This document shows, in pieces, positions 1-16,556 of a DNA stretch of 64,000 nucleotides. Numbering within the stretch: the stretch's first letter is position 1; the number at the start of each line of letters is the position of its first letter. A program made the position numbers and the translations under genes. Source of the stretch: Eledone cirrhosa (Eukaryota). Location of the stretch: contig OZ024741.1 in the NCBI GenBank assembly GCA_964016885.1, positions 84,878,001 to 84,942,000 on the forward strand. Direction: 5' to 3'. The notes beneath the pieces are model-generated. The model was not told the DNA's origin. It searched no databases and saw nothing but the letters and a program-made list of their open reading frames with translations.

Positions 1-441
1 CATATATATATATATATATATATACACATGGTGGCTGCCAACTCGTTTTCTAGTACGGCCACTACTTTATATCCATGTAGGAGAACCTCTACTGATGCGC
101 TGAACGAGTGACTTTTCAGTCCAGCCAGCGACTTGAAAACTCTGGTACAAACACTACACTTATGACAATTATTGACACATAGTGCTGGGCCCATGGTACC
201 ATGTCACGACAAGAGGAGTGAGATCTCCAGATATAAAGCAATGCCTGTGCTGTGAAGCTTTTATAGTGAGCAAAGGCACTGCACAAAGCCAGTCCCACTC
301 TCTTAACCAAGATGATATTTACCAAAAAGAAGAGCAAGTCAACATCATTGGATACCATCAGAGTTGCAGGTGTTATATCAGAGTTTTCCTTCTCCTAGAA
401 TTCTGCCTTGACAAAGGCTAAGGGGTCATACATACATACAT

Positions 442-487
<46 letters not shown>

Positions 488-520
488 GACGGTTGGATGG
501 CCACTGATGAAGACAAACTT

Positions 521-569
<49 letters not shown>

Positions 570-955
570 CATATATACACATACATATACATATATATAT
601 ACACATACATACACACATAAACACATACATATATACACACATATATATACACACATACATACACACACACACACATACATACACATATATATAAATATAT
701 ACATATACACACATATATATATACACATATACACACACACATATATACACACACATATATACATATATACACATATACACACACATATATATATACACAT
801 ATACATATATATATATATACATAAATATATACACATACATACATACGCATACATACACACATATATATATACACATATACACATATATACACACATATAT
901 ATATATATATACATATACATATACACACATACATATATACACATACACACATATA

Positions 956-999
<44 letters not shown>

Positions 1000-1279
1000 C
1001 ACACACATACCCATATACACATGTGCACACATACACATACATACACATACATATACATACACATACATATACACACATACACACAAATATATACACATAC
1101 AAATAAATAAGTACTCAATAAATATACGCATATACGCAGGCACATAAAAACACCTCTACAGGCAGAAAATGTAGATAGGTAAGAGGTACTCACATAACCA
1201 TAGTGGCCGTATTTCAGGTTGAGGAGGGGTGGGGGTAGTGTGGGAAGGAGGTATAGGGGCCAATAGGAGGAGGTCGTTT

Positions 1280-3518
1280 TTAGCCATCGGGCTTTAACAC
1301 TGGCTTAAAGTGTTTGAAAGTTGCAAAGTTCTTGTGCATGCAGTTCGGGCAGTGTTCAGAGAGTTTGTTCAGTAGCGGGCCCTTGGCGAATAAAATTTCG
1401 TAGCTCTCTGAAATACAAATGTCGCAGCCCTTGTGTCCTCCGTTGTAAGAGCGCGCTTTCTGGAGTATTTTCCATTTAAGCGTGAAGGGGGTGGAGTTCC
1501 TTTTGCGGTCCCAAACGTAGGAGGCAAGTGTTGTCTGGTTTGATTTGTCCGGTCTTCTGAAGGAGTGGGTATGGGCATACCAACGGGTCTTAAAGTTGTT
1601 GGAGGTCATGCCGATGTAAGTTTTTTTGCAATCATCGGTGCCTGAGATGACATCGCATTTGTATACGATATCATTTGTGAGGCATTTGTTTTCAAGTGGG
1701 CATGCTTCCTTATTTAGGCAATTACACAGAGCCCCAGTCCAGGGATTGGGTTCGGAGGTGGTTGGCTTATTTAATTTTTTAGAATCGTGGTTGGCTATAT
1801 TCCTAGCTAGGTTAGGTGTGGTGGAGTAGGAGAGTCTTATTGTGTTCTTATTAAAGATGGTGTGGTACCTATGTTGTATGGGGAAGTGTAATTTCAGCAA
1901 AGTGAAGAAAATCCTAGCTATCGGAGTAGAGACCTCTCTATTGAAGGGAGGGTTGTACCAGCTAATCTGCCTATGTCTATTCCTCCTCTGCATCTTGCGG
2001 TGGTTTCTAGGTATGTTATCTTTTCTTTAAATCCGCTACGGGCGAGGGCGTCATTGTAGTAGGAGGCAGATGCGTTAAAAATATCTTTGTTGGCGGAGAG
2101 GCCAGATATTCTAATAGAGACGCTTTTTACTAGGTTATCAGTGATGTTTTGGGGGTGGTTTGAATTAACATTAATATATTTAAGGGACTCGTTAGGTTTG
2201 TGGTACGGGTAATAGAGGGAAGTATCTAGGTCGAGAGTGACATCTAAGAAGTTGGCCCTAGTCAAATTAGATTCTATAGTTATACTAAATCCTAGATTAG
2301 AGAAGAATGAGCTTAAGTTTTTCCGAAACCCATCGGTGGTTCTGGGGTTAACCTTATGCAGGGCGAAGAGGCCGTCGTCTCGGTATAAACCTCCCGTTAG
2401 GCCGGTAAAGAGGTTCTTCAGGTGATGTAGGATGTACAGGCCCACAAGGTCGCTAATTTCAGCCGAGTCACTCGGTCCCATGCTAACGTCAAATGGGGTC
2501 TGAGATTTCTTGTTGATCCAGTAAGATCCATCGTGGTATAGAAAGGTCTTACGAGCGTGGAGGATAACAACTTGCTCAGCATCGGTAATGGTGGTAAAAT
2601 TCCTGGCAAAGTTAATTGCGTCCTTCAGGAGGGGCTCCGAGATAGAGGCATAGTAGTTTTCTATGTCGAGTTGCAGGAAGCGAGTGTGGTGTTTGTCGGG
2701 TAATTTTTGGAACCATGATATTGCCTCAGATGTTCTGCTCCAGAGTGGAAGTGGTGGAGCAGCCCGCAATGATGGTAGAACTCTATCCAGGATCTTCTTA
2801 CTAATAGAGCCGATGTCAGAACAAGTGGGGTTGATAAGTCTGACTGATAGTTTGTTGAGGAAGTTTCCCTTATGGGCCTTCAGGGTAAAGTGCGGGGTCT
2901 TTACCCTTAAAGGTTCGGTTCGGTCGTGTAATTTAAGGGACTTGGCGATTTCTTTTCCGGCCGCGTTTGTCTCAGTCAGTGCCATCTCTATTACCTTTTT
3001 GTAGGTGGTCGTGATGGTATTTTTTGCCAGCTTATTGTAGGTCTGTGGGTCTACCTCATAAACGTTTTTGGTTTTATCGGAGGAGACATAAAGATTAGGG
3101 GATTTTTTATATTCCGCAATTCGGCATTTAAGTAGGCCTGGAATGGTGTGGTGATTCTACGGAATTTAATATCTTTGATCATCTTGAAGAGGTCTTCTTC
3201 AAATGGTTGGAGTAGGCTGTTGGTGGGTGGTGTCTTATTCGTTTTGAAGCCGAACTTCTCATCATTGGTAGATGCTACACCAGGGTTGTCGAGGAAGAAG
3301 GCCCTCCATCTAATTCGCTTGATGAACTCGTTGGTACGTCTGATGAGTGTTTTTAAGTATAGTTTCCTTGGAGGGATAGGGATGTTCTTCATGGAAACAT
3401 CAAGGTCGAGTTTGGTCAGCATGGTTTCTTGATGATGGTTATAAGGGGCACAGAGAGTGCTAAAAAGTACGTTATTCCGGGTTGAATCGGAGTTAACCAC
3501 AGTAAGTAAGGTACTCAA
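1280..3518 (-). pseudogene. PLE polyprotein (N-terminus, RT, GIY-YIG endonuclease), broken by two frameshifts near 3100 and 2000
   Basis: ORFs 3051-3518, 1918-2985 and 1280-1993. Motifs: SDKT in the shifted frame, FLQLDIENYY, GLYRDDG, NFLDVTL, Cys-rich linker CNCLNKEACPLENKC, IVYKC...YIGMT. Confidence 0.9.
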
Positions 3519-3553
3519 TACATTGCAGAGTATAAAGGTTTTAATATAGATGA

Positions 3554-3602
3554 GATTCTACAGGACTAGAACTGTTTCATTCTTTAGAAATCATCAGGAA
3601 TC
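3554..3602 (-). ncRNA. Type I hammerhead ribozyme in the family A pseudo-LTR
   Basis: Minus strand reads gattc-CTGATGA-t(ttct aa agaa)t-GAA-ACAG(ttctagtc)CTGT-A^gaatc. All three stems close and the triplet is GUA. Confidence 0.85.
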
Positions 3603-4439
3603 TGGGTATCAAAAAATAAGTATGCTATTTATAGGTCTCTATAAGTGGTAGGAGAGGGTGGGGAGTGGGATGGGTGTAGGTCAATGGTTGATAGAAAAGG
3701 GAATAAGACTCTCCTACTCCACCACACCTAACCTAGCTAGGAATATAGCCAACCACAATTCTAAAAAATTAAATAAGCCAACCACCTCCGAACCCAATCC
3801 CCGGACTGGGGCTCTGTGTAATTGCCTAAATAAGGAAGCATGCCCACTTGAAAACAAATGCCTCACAAATGATATCGTATACAAATGCGATGTCATCTCA
3901 GGCACCGATGATTGCAAAAAAACTTACATCGGCATGACCTCCAACAACTTTAAGACCCGTTGGTATGCCCATACCCACTCCTTCAGAAGACCGGACAACT
4001 CAAACCAGACAACACTTGCCTCCTACGTTTGGGACCGCAAAAGGAACTCCACCCCCTTCACGCTTAAATGGAAAATACTCCAGAAAGCGCGCTCTTACAA
4101 CGGAGGACACAAGGGCTGCGACATTTGTATTTCAGAGAGCTACGAAATTTTATTCGCCAAGGGCCCGCTACTGAACAAACTCTCTGAACACCGCCCGAAC
4201 TGCATGCACAAGAACTTTGCAACTTTCAAACACTTTAAGCCAGTGTTAAAGCCCGATGGCTAAAAACGACCTCCTCCTATTGGCGCCTATACCTCCTTCG
4301 CACCCTACCCCCACCCCTCCTCAACCTGAAATACGGCTCTATGGTTATGTGAGTACCTCTTACCTATCTACATTTTCTGCCTGTAGAGGTGTTTTTATGT
4401 GCCTGCGTATATGCGTATATTTATTGAGTACTTATTTAT

Positions 4440-6540
<2,101 letters not shown>

Positions 6541-6591
<51 letters not shown>

Positions 6592-6712
6592 CGTGTGTAT
6601 ATATATTGTGTGTGAGTGTGTATATGTATATATATGTATATATGTGTGTATATATATGTATATATATATATATATATACATGTATATATGTGTGCATATG
6701 TATATATGTGTA

Positions 6713-6765
<53 letters not shown>

Positions 6766-6794
6766 ATGTATATATGTGTATGTGTGTATGTATA

Positions 6795-6833
<39 letters not shown>

Positions 6834-6848
6834 ATGTATATGTGTGTG

Positions 6849-6897
<49 letters not shown>

Positions 6898-6898
6898 G

Positions 6899-6945
<47 letters not shown>

Positions 6946-7032
6946 GTGTATGTGTATGTATATATATGTGTGTGTATGTATATATATATATATATAGATG
7001 TGTGTGCGTATATGTGTGTGTGTGTGTGTGTA

Positions 7033-7083
<51 letters not shown>

Positions 7084-7141
7084 ATATGTGTATATGTATG
7101 TGTATGTATGTATTTATATATGTATGTGTGTGTGAGTGTGT

Positions 7142-7183
<42 letters not shown>

Positions 7184-7198
7184 GTGTGTATATGTATG

Positions 7199-7245
<47 letters not shown>

Positions 7246-7462
7246 ATATATATATATATATATGTGTATATGTATATGTATATATATATATTATATATGT
7301 ATATATATATATAAATATATGTATGTATGGTGTATGTGTGTGTGTATATATATATGTGTGTGTATGTGTGACCCCACTCTCAAGAGCGTGAAATTAATAA
7401 ACATTTGTTTGTTCTGCCCCTCTGTTTTGTTCCCGTTCAATTTTTCCTTATATATCTGTATA

Positions 7463-7493
<31 letters not shown>

Positions 7494-7522
7494 GTGTGTA
7501 CGTGTATGTATGTATATATATA

Positions 7523-7562
<40 letters not shown>

Positions 7563-7598
7563 TATGTGTGCATGTATATGTGTGTGTACGTATATGTA

Positions 7599-7650
<52 letters not shown>

Positions 7651-7730
7651 TATTTATATGTGTGTGTGTGTGTATATGTGTGTATATGTGTATGTGTATA
7701 TGTGTTTATGGGTGCGCGCGAGTGTGTGAG
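6541..7730. repeat. Compound (TA)n/(TG)n microsatellite
   Basis: Dinucleotide runs visible directly. Confidence 0.95.
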
Positions 7731-7890
7731 TGAGTGTGTTTTGTGAATGTGTCTGTTGATTTTTGGCATATAGTTGAATAGTTTAAGAGAAATTTGAAGA
7801 TAATTGTAAGATATGCACTCAATATTTTGAATTTGTCTACAGAATTCTCTAAACCTTTTTCACTTAGTAGAACCTTAATGAATTTAGCTT

Positions 7891-8090
7891 NNNNNNNNNN
7901 NNNNNNNNNNNNNNNNNNNNNNNNNNNNNNNNNNNNNNNNNNNNNNNNNNNNNNNNNNNNNNNNNNNNNNNNNNNNNNNNNNNNNNNNNNNNNNNNNNNN
8001 NNNNNNNNNNNNNNNNNNNNNNNNNNNNNNNNNNNNNNNNNNNNNNNNNNNNNNNNNNNNNNNNNNNNNNNNNNNNNNNNNNNNNNNNNN
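7891..8090. other. Assembly gap (200 N)
   Basis: Run of n characters. Confidence 1.
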
Positions 8091-8268
8091 TGCATAAGTT
8101 GGCTCAACTTATAATAGAATAGAATTAGGATTTAGCTTAAGTAAGAAATGCATCGCTGTTTTTACATAGCTACGGCTTTCTATATGTTTATCCATAAACA
8201 TACAGTGTTTCTTTAGAAATATGAAATTCCAATACATATATATGTGTGTGTGTGTGTATATGTATGTG

Positions 8269-8402
<134 letters not shown>

Positions 8403-8434
8403 ACGTGTGTGTGTGTGTGCTTCGTTATTTAATA

Positions 8435-8640
8435 TGTTTTGCAAGATTTCTTATCTGAAAATGTGTGTTTATATATTGTCAAAGGTTTTTCGTCACATAT
8501 TCTCTGACCTCCTCAGTCAGTGAGAAGGTCACAACCAACTGGTTATTGAAGCAACTAACCGGAAATTTATAAAATCAAACTGTAGTGAAAACCAACAGGT
8601 GCGTGTATTTCGTATTGGCAGCATGACCTTCCAAAGTATA
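8435..8640. mobile_element. Degenerate, internally inverted family B pseudo-LTR remnant
   Basis: tttcgtcacatattctctgacctcctcagt (minus-strand HHR remnant) followed by the plus-oriented ...gcatgaccttccaaagtata family B end. Confidence 0.7.
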
Positions 8641-9124
8641 TATATATGTATATACATCGCACTATCAACAATCAAACTCGCACCCCTAGAATCGTGAGCT
8701 GAACACTATAACCAGTGAACCATTCGCCTTGACAGGATATTCATCAGTAACACAAATGCATATCAAGATCCCTTTAATTGTACTCAGCCATTATGCCGAT
8801 ATTTTGGTGGTTTGTGCAAAATGTTTTATATTCAACGCTTTTATGCAGAACCATTCCAAAGCTACTGGACGACATTTTAGAGCTTCTGGGCGACAGTAAC
8901 AGCTGTAACTGCAAAGTCCTGCACTCGTGCACCTTAGAAGGACCGTTGAGCATGAGACACCCAACTCTGGTTCTATATAACGCTCGAGCTTTCGTTGCTA
9001 CAAAAGGCACAATACCCTCTCATAGTCGCCACATAGAATTCTGTCTACATGCAATTGATTAATTGCTTTAAGTTATTGTTTTGTATTATCTCTTACTCCA
9101 CAAACAGTACTTTGGCTTGTGTCA

Positions 9125-9600
9125 GATCGTAGATCAAATGACATTAAAACATTCGTGATTGTAAATGAAATCCTTTACGGAATATATAATCTTTGATTAG
9201 ACTCTTTAACAAAACATATGCTAACTGATCAAATTTTGTGTCAAAACACGAAACCACTGATCAGATCGTTTACAAAACATTTGATCACAGATCAAAAACT
9301 CTATCGAAAAACATACTTTTGACTACATCTTCTACAAGACACATTATCGCAGATCAAACATGATATTAGATCAAATGTAACAAAGCACATGATCACAGAT
9401 CAAATCATTTACCAAAACACATAATCATAGATCAAATCTTTTAACAAACAAGGAGCTGTTGATCAAACCCTACAACGAACACTTGATCGGAGCTCACATT
9501 CTGTACCAAGCACATAATTGCAAATCAAATCGTGTACTGAAAGACGTGATCAAATAGCAAATACTGTACGAAAACACATGATCGTAGATCTATTCGTGTA
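9125..9600. repeat. Degenerate minisatellite, period ~31-32 bp
   Basis: Recurrent unit resembling aaaacacatgatcacagatcaaatctttac. Confidence 0.7.
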
Positions 9601-10085
9601 TGCACCAAACGAATACAACTTCAAAAACAAGAATATAAGAAATGAATCTTGCTTCTAATATTATTGATGGCGGTGGATATTTCCTTTGTTTGGCATTAAC
9701 CAAAAACAATATCCAGAACAGCTCACAGACAAAACAATTGCCAAGATATATTGGTAATTTCAAAGAATGTTATTACCACATAAACATCAGGTGACAGTCA
9801 TTTTCTACATTAAAATTTTCTGTATTTCTGTTTTCTTCTCTGATGTGTATTTATATACGCGATTATTACCATTTTGTGTCTTGTGGTTGTATACACACAT
9901 CGACACACACATACACAGAGAGAGACCCACACACACACACATAATATATATATATATATATATAGTTTATGCGTGTATAGTTTATTCGTACGTGCGTGTT
10001 AGAAAAGAAAAGAGTGAAAGAGAGAGATAGAGAGAGAGTGAGAGTGTGAGAGAGATAGAGAGAGAGAGAGGGAGAGAGAGAGAGA

Positions 10086-10121
<36 letters not shown>

Positions 10122-10260
10122 CGGAGTAAATGGGATGGGGAGAATGAGACCGAGAGTAAGGGAGAGAAAGCGATATTAATTTAGTTCCAACAATAAAATG
10201 TATTCGTCTCAATAGGACATAAACCATTACAGATAATTGTAGCATGTCTATGCTCTCCCC

Positions 10261-10365
<105 letters not shown>

Positions 10366-10390
10366 ATAATTATATATATATATATATATA

Positions 10391-10723
10391 TTTGCGAGCA
10401 ATGACTCTTGATGTAGATTTAACCCCCAAAACTCTTTCCGAACTATATAAGGAACACTTGTGATTATTTATGCCCTTGAGAAGCCCAACTGGGCGAAACG
10501 TACGTAGGTGATATTTTAAATAAACATGTTTTAACGGTCTATTCTCCGATTTTTTACTTTCCCCCGTGCTTACGCTCTGCTAACTCTCTAGCTCACTAAA
10601 TATTAACACTTCGAATATTTAATACTGCCGGCACTAGTATCGAGCACCTTTGGCATACGCTACTTGGCAAATAACTATATGTATCACCTATCCCCCCTTT
10701 TTTTCTCTTTCTCGATACGTAAA

Positions 10724-10725
<2 letters not shown>
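10391..10725 (+). mobile_element. PLE pseudo-LTR family C with HHR (10464-10524)
   Basis: cc-TTGAGAA-gccc(aact)gggc-GAA-ACGTACGT-A^gg. An inverted copy lies at 11190-11365. Confidence 0.78.
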
Positions 10726-10775
<50 letters not shown>

Positions 10776-10799
10776 CATAAATATATATATATATATTTA

Positions 10800-11135
10800 T
10801 TCACGTTTGAGGTTCACCACTGGATAGAGCTGGTCTATTCCGTATGGTCAATCGCAATGTAATAATATAGAGAGTACTCAACGTAAAGCAGTTAAACCGT
10901 CTTTGTTTTTGTAGTTGGTGGTGCTATTACGGAGTTAAGGTAGAAGGTGCTGGATAGCGGTCGCCCTCGGGTCCTCGATTTTCAGCCCCATGGATTTTAT
11001 CTATTACATTCACGTATTATATTTCGAATACCTGATGATATCACCGGATTCATACGGAACCCGGTCATTGAAATGATCATAGTATAATAAACATTTCAAG
11101 GATTTACACAAATCAAGCCTCCTGTCATTTAATTA
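10800..11135. mobile_element. Short HHR element family D, internally inverted (HHR on + at 11028-11085)
   Basis: atac-CTGATGA-..accgg..ccggt..-GAA-ATGATCAT-A^gtat. Homologous to 22762-23120. Confidence 0.8.
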
Positions 11136-11189
11136 TATATATATATATATATACAGATACATATACATATATATATATATATATATATA

Positions 11190-12000
11190 CGTGGAAAAAT
11201 AAGAAATATGAGAACAGACCGTTAGAACATGTTTATTTAAAACAGCACCTGCGTACGTTTCGCCCGGATGGGCTTCTCAAGGGCATAAATAACTAAAAAG
11301 TGTTCCTTACATGGCCCGGAAAGTGTTTGTGGAGATAAGTTCACGTAAGAGTTCATTCTTCGCAAAAAAGCGTGTTTTGATTTTGCAGTAGGTCAAGAGA
11401 GGTAACTCAAAACAAACGTTGCATACCTGATCCTGTCCCTGTTAGGGACAGGATCAGGTATGCAACGTTTGTTTTGAGACGTTTGTTTTTCTGCATCTGT
11501 CCGCCTGCGTCATGAGAAGCCGGGTCTGGGATGCAAGGTTAGTTTCCGGATGTTTTTTGCAGCGCCTGCTCACCGGGGTTTTAAAGATTGTCGCAGGGAG
11601 GCTCAGTATACGGTTTCACTCCTCGTCCTTATCCCATCTGAAGAAGGATATTTTTAAGCGATGTGTACAGCTTATCGTCGTTTCAGCTCTGCTGTTGATG
11701 AGCTCGTGGGGTGCCGTTATGATGTGGTAGAGCCCCATGAGGCAACGGTCGCATTTCCTCTTGAAATTGTACGGTGCAGCCCTGCCGACAATTTTCCAGT
11801 GCTGATGTTTAAGTCTTTTAATGATTAAATTACAAGACTTAAACATCAGCTTCTCCACGCACTGGGAAATTGTCGGCTGGAAGAAGACCAGCGATCTGTG
11901 TTTACGCATTAAGTTCAAATCAGCGACTGGCCAGTAATACGTGCTGTATCTACTAAAAATACACTTCCTTGTTGAAAATCGAAGTACCGGCCTCCGTCGT
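11190..12000 (-). mobile_element. Decayed PLE 3' end: GIY-YIG remnant plus family C pseudo-LTR
   Basis: WKIVGRAAPYNFKRKCDRC resembles WKILQKARSYNGGHKGCDIC of family A. The HHR at 11246-11290 has GUA changed to GCA. Confidence 0.7.
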
Positions 12001-12337
12001 TTACCATTCGATTAATTGGTGAAATATATTTTTTTAATGGAATATATACAGGGAAGATTAATCACATTATAAGGTATATATTTCTGAAGTTCTAGTTAAC
12101 TTTATTTAGTTACCTACCTCGCTATGTGTGTTACACACTTGTAAAAATTATCCCCTGTGATTGTTTCATATGTTTATTTATATGTTAATCAATTTCTAGT
12201 TGTTATAAAATGCTCAGACCTATTCATTAGAATCTTGGAGCATATTTTACGGGTGATATGGCGCATGCCTTTCTGGTACGACACCCATTATTTTGATTTA
12301 GATTAAATTCATTTTGATTTATCTTAATTTTGGATAT

Positions 12338-12394
<57 letters not shown>

Positions 12395-12739
12395 TACATA
12401 TACATATAAATATATATACATATACGTATAAATATATATTTATATAAGTGTATCGAAATAGACAAACTGAGTTTATGCTATTACGTTTAATTTTCCCATT
12501 CACTCAATAAATTCACGAGACTTGCACTTCCGTAGCGCCAGTCCGTGATTCAGACCGAACACATTTAGTTGTAATGGTAAGTTCGGGATTATGTGCAGGT
12601 GTAAACAATTTACACATATATATATATGTATATATATATATGATGCATGTGTGTATGTATGTTTATAAACAGGCAAAACTCCAGAGTAACAAGACTCAAC
12701 AAGACTCACAATTTAGCCTTAATAAAATGAATATATGTT

Positions 12740-12778
<39 letters not shown>

Positions 12779-12796
12779 GTGTGTGTGTGTGTGTGG

Positions 12797-12844
<48 letters not shown>

Positions 12845-13278
12845 GTGAATATGAAAACAGGGCGTGCTGCGTTGTTGCAAATGAGTTACATCTGAATAAA
12901 TTTAGTCCTTCATCAGTGATCTTCTAACCTTCATTGGTATTTCATCGCTTTAAAGACCATATACCTCCGGTTGGTGCGAGCAACGGCTAAAGAAAGTCGT
13001 TGGGACACGTAAATAAGGGGAACGAGCGAGACTGTAAACAATCAAAGATGGTAATGCAACGAAAAGTGAGGAAGAAGGAGTCAAGTCCCAGAAATCGATG
13101 AATATAAGTTCTGTGAAATCGTGGACGAGAGAGAATAAAGACTATCAAACCTGGTCGAAATGTGAGCAAGGAAAGAATTTGTCTTCCTGCTTGGTACGGG
13201 TATGTTCTTTGTAGAAATATTCAGATTTTGTTTCTGCATGATGAATATAAGTCAATAGAGTGCTCAACCGAGGGAGCC

Positions 13279-15170
13279 AAATAGTAATAATAATAAATTT
13301 GAAGACTAAAATCCAAAGAGGGCTCGATAAGGAAATATATATATCAAATATATAAGAACCCTAGATATATATTTACCCTTATCTACAAACGAGCATATTT
13401 CCACCGTCCATTCCACATATTACAATGAAGCTCTTGCTCGGAGTGAATTTGTCGATAAGGTAGCATAGACCAAGGAAAAATAGATCCCGACCCATTATAT
13501 GGTATAAACCACCATATAATATGGAGGTGACCACACCATTAGCTAAGATCTTTCTCTCCCTTATTAAGAAGCATTTCCATTCAGCACATAAATATAATAA
13601 AATGTTAATAGAAATACCATTAAAATATCTTACTCTACGACTTCTAACCTTGCACATAACACCACTGCTTCAAATTTAGCTAAATTAACTAGCGTGGGAA
13701 CACGTGCAACCCTGTAGCTAGTACTAACTGTAATTGTAAGAATCGGGTTGACTGCCCTCTATCCGGGAAATGCCTCTCCAGTAACATTGCCTACAAATGT
13801 AAGGTCGAAACACCCACGTCCCGTAGGGCCTACATAGGGTTAACCCCTAATAGATTCAAGCAGCGTCTTTACATACACACCCATTCTTTTCTTAACCCTT
13901 TAAGAAGGAATATGACGTCACGTTCAGCTTATATCTGGAGTCTAAAAGACAACCACACCCAATATAGGTTACATTGGAAGATCCTAGGTAAAACTAGATC
14001 GTATAACGGAAATAAAAGACCATGCGATCTTTGCGCCGCTGAAGCCCTGGAAATACTCTACGCGAATGACCACATCTTAAACAGAAAATCTGAGCCAATT
14101 TCGGCTTGTAAACATAAATTGCATAAAACTTTCCTGTATTACAGCCCCACATTATACCCTAACGGATATTACGAACTATACGCGGATAATTTACGTCTTG
14201 ATGTGGTAGCTAAGTTTATTTTATGTTTATACCATCACTTATTTGTATAGGTAAGTATACCTTACACGTGTGTTTTGTGAAGGTACGTATACTTTCTCGT
14301 ACGTATATTTACTTGTATTTGTTATAGGTGTCTATATTATATATACTGGTACAGGTGTATATGGTTATACGTATATGTGTATTTTGTGTTTGCGTGTGTA
14401 TGCGTGTTTGCACGTATGTAAGGTGTGTATATGTGTACTTTGTGATTTGGTTGACGTAGGTTTAGTGAACATATGTGTATTTACCTGTAGGTATGTGAGT
14501 GTGCGTTATTTACGTATTTATGTGTGTATATTTATATACGTTTATATAATTATATGTATACACATATGCGTGGATGCGTGTATGTATATATTTAATTATT
14601 GTTGATTTCAATAACCTCTGTCATTTTCGTTCTACTAGTTTATTAACATTATTCTTAACTTTGCCTTTCATCCTTACGGGGTCGATAAAATAAAGTACCA
14701 GTAATATACTGGGATAATTGCTGGCCTTGTGCCAAAAGGAGAACCAATTATTCTTAACTTTGAAGTCGAGCATCATTCGGTTTCCTAAATAGAATATTAG
14801 TCTACGACTTCATTTATATCATAAACCTGGTTTTGTCTTTGCGTGTAATTGTATTCACGGTCCACATAATGATGTATTATCTTCCCTTTTTTCCGTTCAT
14901 TGCCAGGGAACGTCTTCACGAACCAAAGTATCGTCTTCCTATTTTCATTCGGTTGCAACGTTTTTCGAAATATTTACTTCTACGTTCACAGATTGATTTT
15001 TTTAAATTTCAGAATATCCAGTTAAGGGTGAAAGCAGCGATCTTTGCTTAAACTTTAATCTGTTATTTTAATAAATATTTGCTCTAGGGTTCTTATATAT
15101 TTTATATATATTTTTTCTTTCTCGAGGCTTCTTCGGATTTTAGTCTTCAAATTTATTATTATTACTATAT
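13279..15170 (+). mobile_element. 5'-truncated PLE family F: GIY-YIG remnant (~13490-14250), TG-rich tail and pseudo-LTR, with a ~90-bp inverted copy of its end at the 5' side
   Basis: Manual translation NCNCKNRVDCPLSGKCLSSNIAYKC...YIGLT continues into ORF 13912-14250. 13279-13365 is the reverse complement of 15083-15170. Confidence 0.85.
14655..14752 (+). mobile_element. SINE fragment (Nin/Deu-domain-like core)
   Basis: gcctttcatccttacggggtcgataaaataaagtaccag shared with the other SINE copies. Confidence 0.8.
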
Positions 15171-15207
15171 ATATATACGTATATGTATATATATATATAC
15201 ACACACA

Positions 15208-15266
<59 letters not shown>

Positions 15267-15272
<6 letters not shown>

Positions 15273-16556
15273 GGATTTAAATGGATACAGTTCAGTTAAA
15301 AGGAATTTATTGACACGTGTTTCAATAACAGTTACATAACCTGAAAACAGCTGCTATCTACAAAGTATTAGTTATGCAGACATTCAATATCTCAATGTTA
15401 TTATCAACTGTCATTTCATCAGAATAATTTTATTGAGAACCTGTTTGGTTTTTATAGAGAATATTAGGAGGGAGGGGTGAAGTTGTTAGAAGAATAGTTA
15501 AGGGAGTGGTTTTTTGATAGCAGTGAGAATTTTTGGTAGCGGTGAGTAATTAGATTCCCATCTGTTGTTTTGACATTTTTATAGAATATATTATTTGGCG
15601 TTGGTTATTTTTCTAAATCTATAGAAGGATTAGAGATAGTATAGATATGCATGGTTGGTTTTGTGTTTGCACTTAATTAACATTCAGACTTAAATTTTTA
15701 TATATAACTTAAATTTTTATATATTTTTATATATATATATATATGTATACACATAGATAGGAGTATGTATGTATATATGTGTGTGTCTATACGTGTGTAT
15801 ATAAAGATAAGTTGAGTATGAAAATGTATACACATGAATGCGTATGTATGTACATATATATATGTATATATATGTATATATATATATATATGTGCATGTA
15901 TATATGTATGTAGGTACGAGCATGTAAGTATGTGTATGTGAGTATATGTATTTTGTAGAGGTGTGCATATATGTTTGTGTGTGAATACGTGGGCGAAAGG
16001 ATACGTACACTTGAAAGAAAAATTTAAGTCTGAATGTTAATTAAGTGCAAACACAAAACCAACCATGCATATCTATACTATCTCTGATCCTTCTATAGAT
16101 TTAGAAAAATAACCAACGCCAAATAATATATTCTATAAAAATGTCAAAACAACAGATGGGAATCTAATTACTCACTGCTACCAAAAATTCTCACTGCTAT
16201 CAAAGAACCACTCCCTTAACTATTCTTCTAACAACTTCACCCCTCCCTCCTAATATTCTCTATAAAAACCAAACAGGTTCTCAATAAAATTATTCTGATG
16301 AAATGACAGTTGATAATAACATTGAAATATTGAATGTCTGCATAACGAATACTTTGTAGATAGCAGCTGATTTCAGGTTATGTAACTGTTATTGAAACAC
16401 GTGTCAATAAATTCCTTTTAACTGAACTGTATCCATTTTAATCCTTCTATTTTCTCCGGATTACTTTTGAAACTACAACTGGAACCGTCGAGCAAACTCT
16501 ACGTGAATTGTCCATCTACTGTGTGTAATATTCATATTACAACACTACGGAAAATA

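Larger units (their letters stand above)
481..3701 (-). mobile_element. Penelope-like retroelement, family A (near full length, with 5' pseudo-LTR and 3' TG/TA-rich tail)
   Basis: RT followed by a GIY-YIG endonuclease on the minus strand. The upstream non-coding region (3520-3701) holds a hammerhead motif. Confidence 0.9.

Noticed and set aside
8774-9062. Overlapping 78/94-aa ORFs as a host exon
   Set aside because: No recognisable domain or convincing splice context; cannot be excluded without a BLAST search.
12895-12922. CTGATGAAGGAC on the minus strand (similar fragment at 504-525)
   Set aside because: No GAAA or stem III partner; at most truncated HHR remnants.
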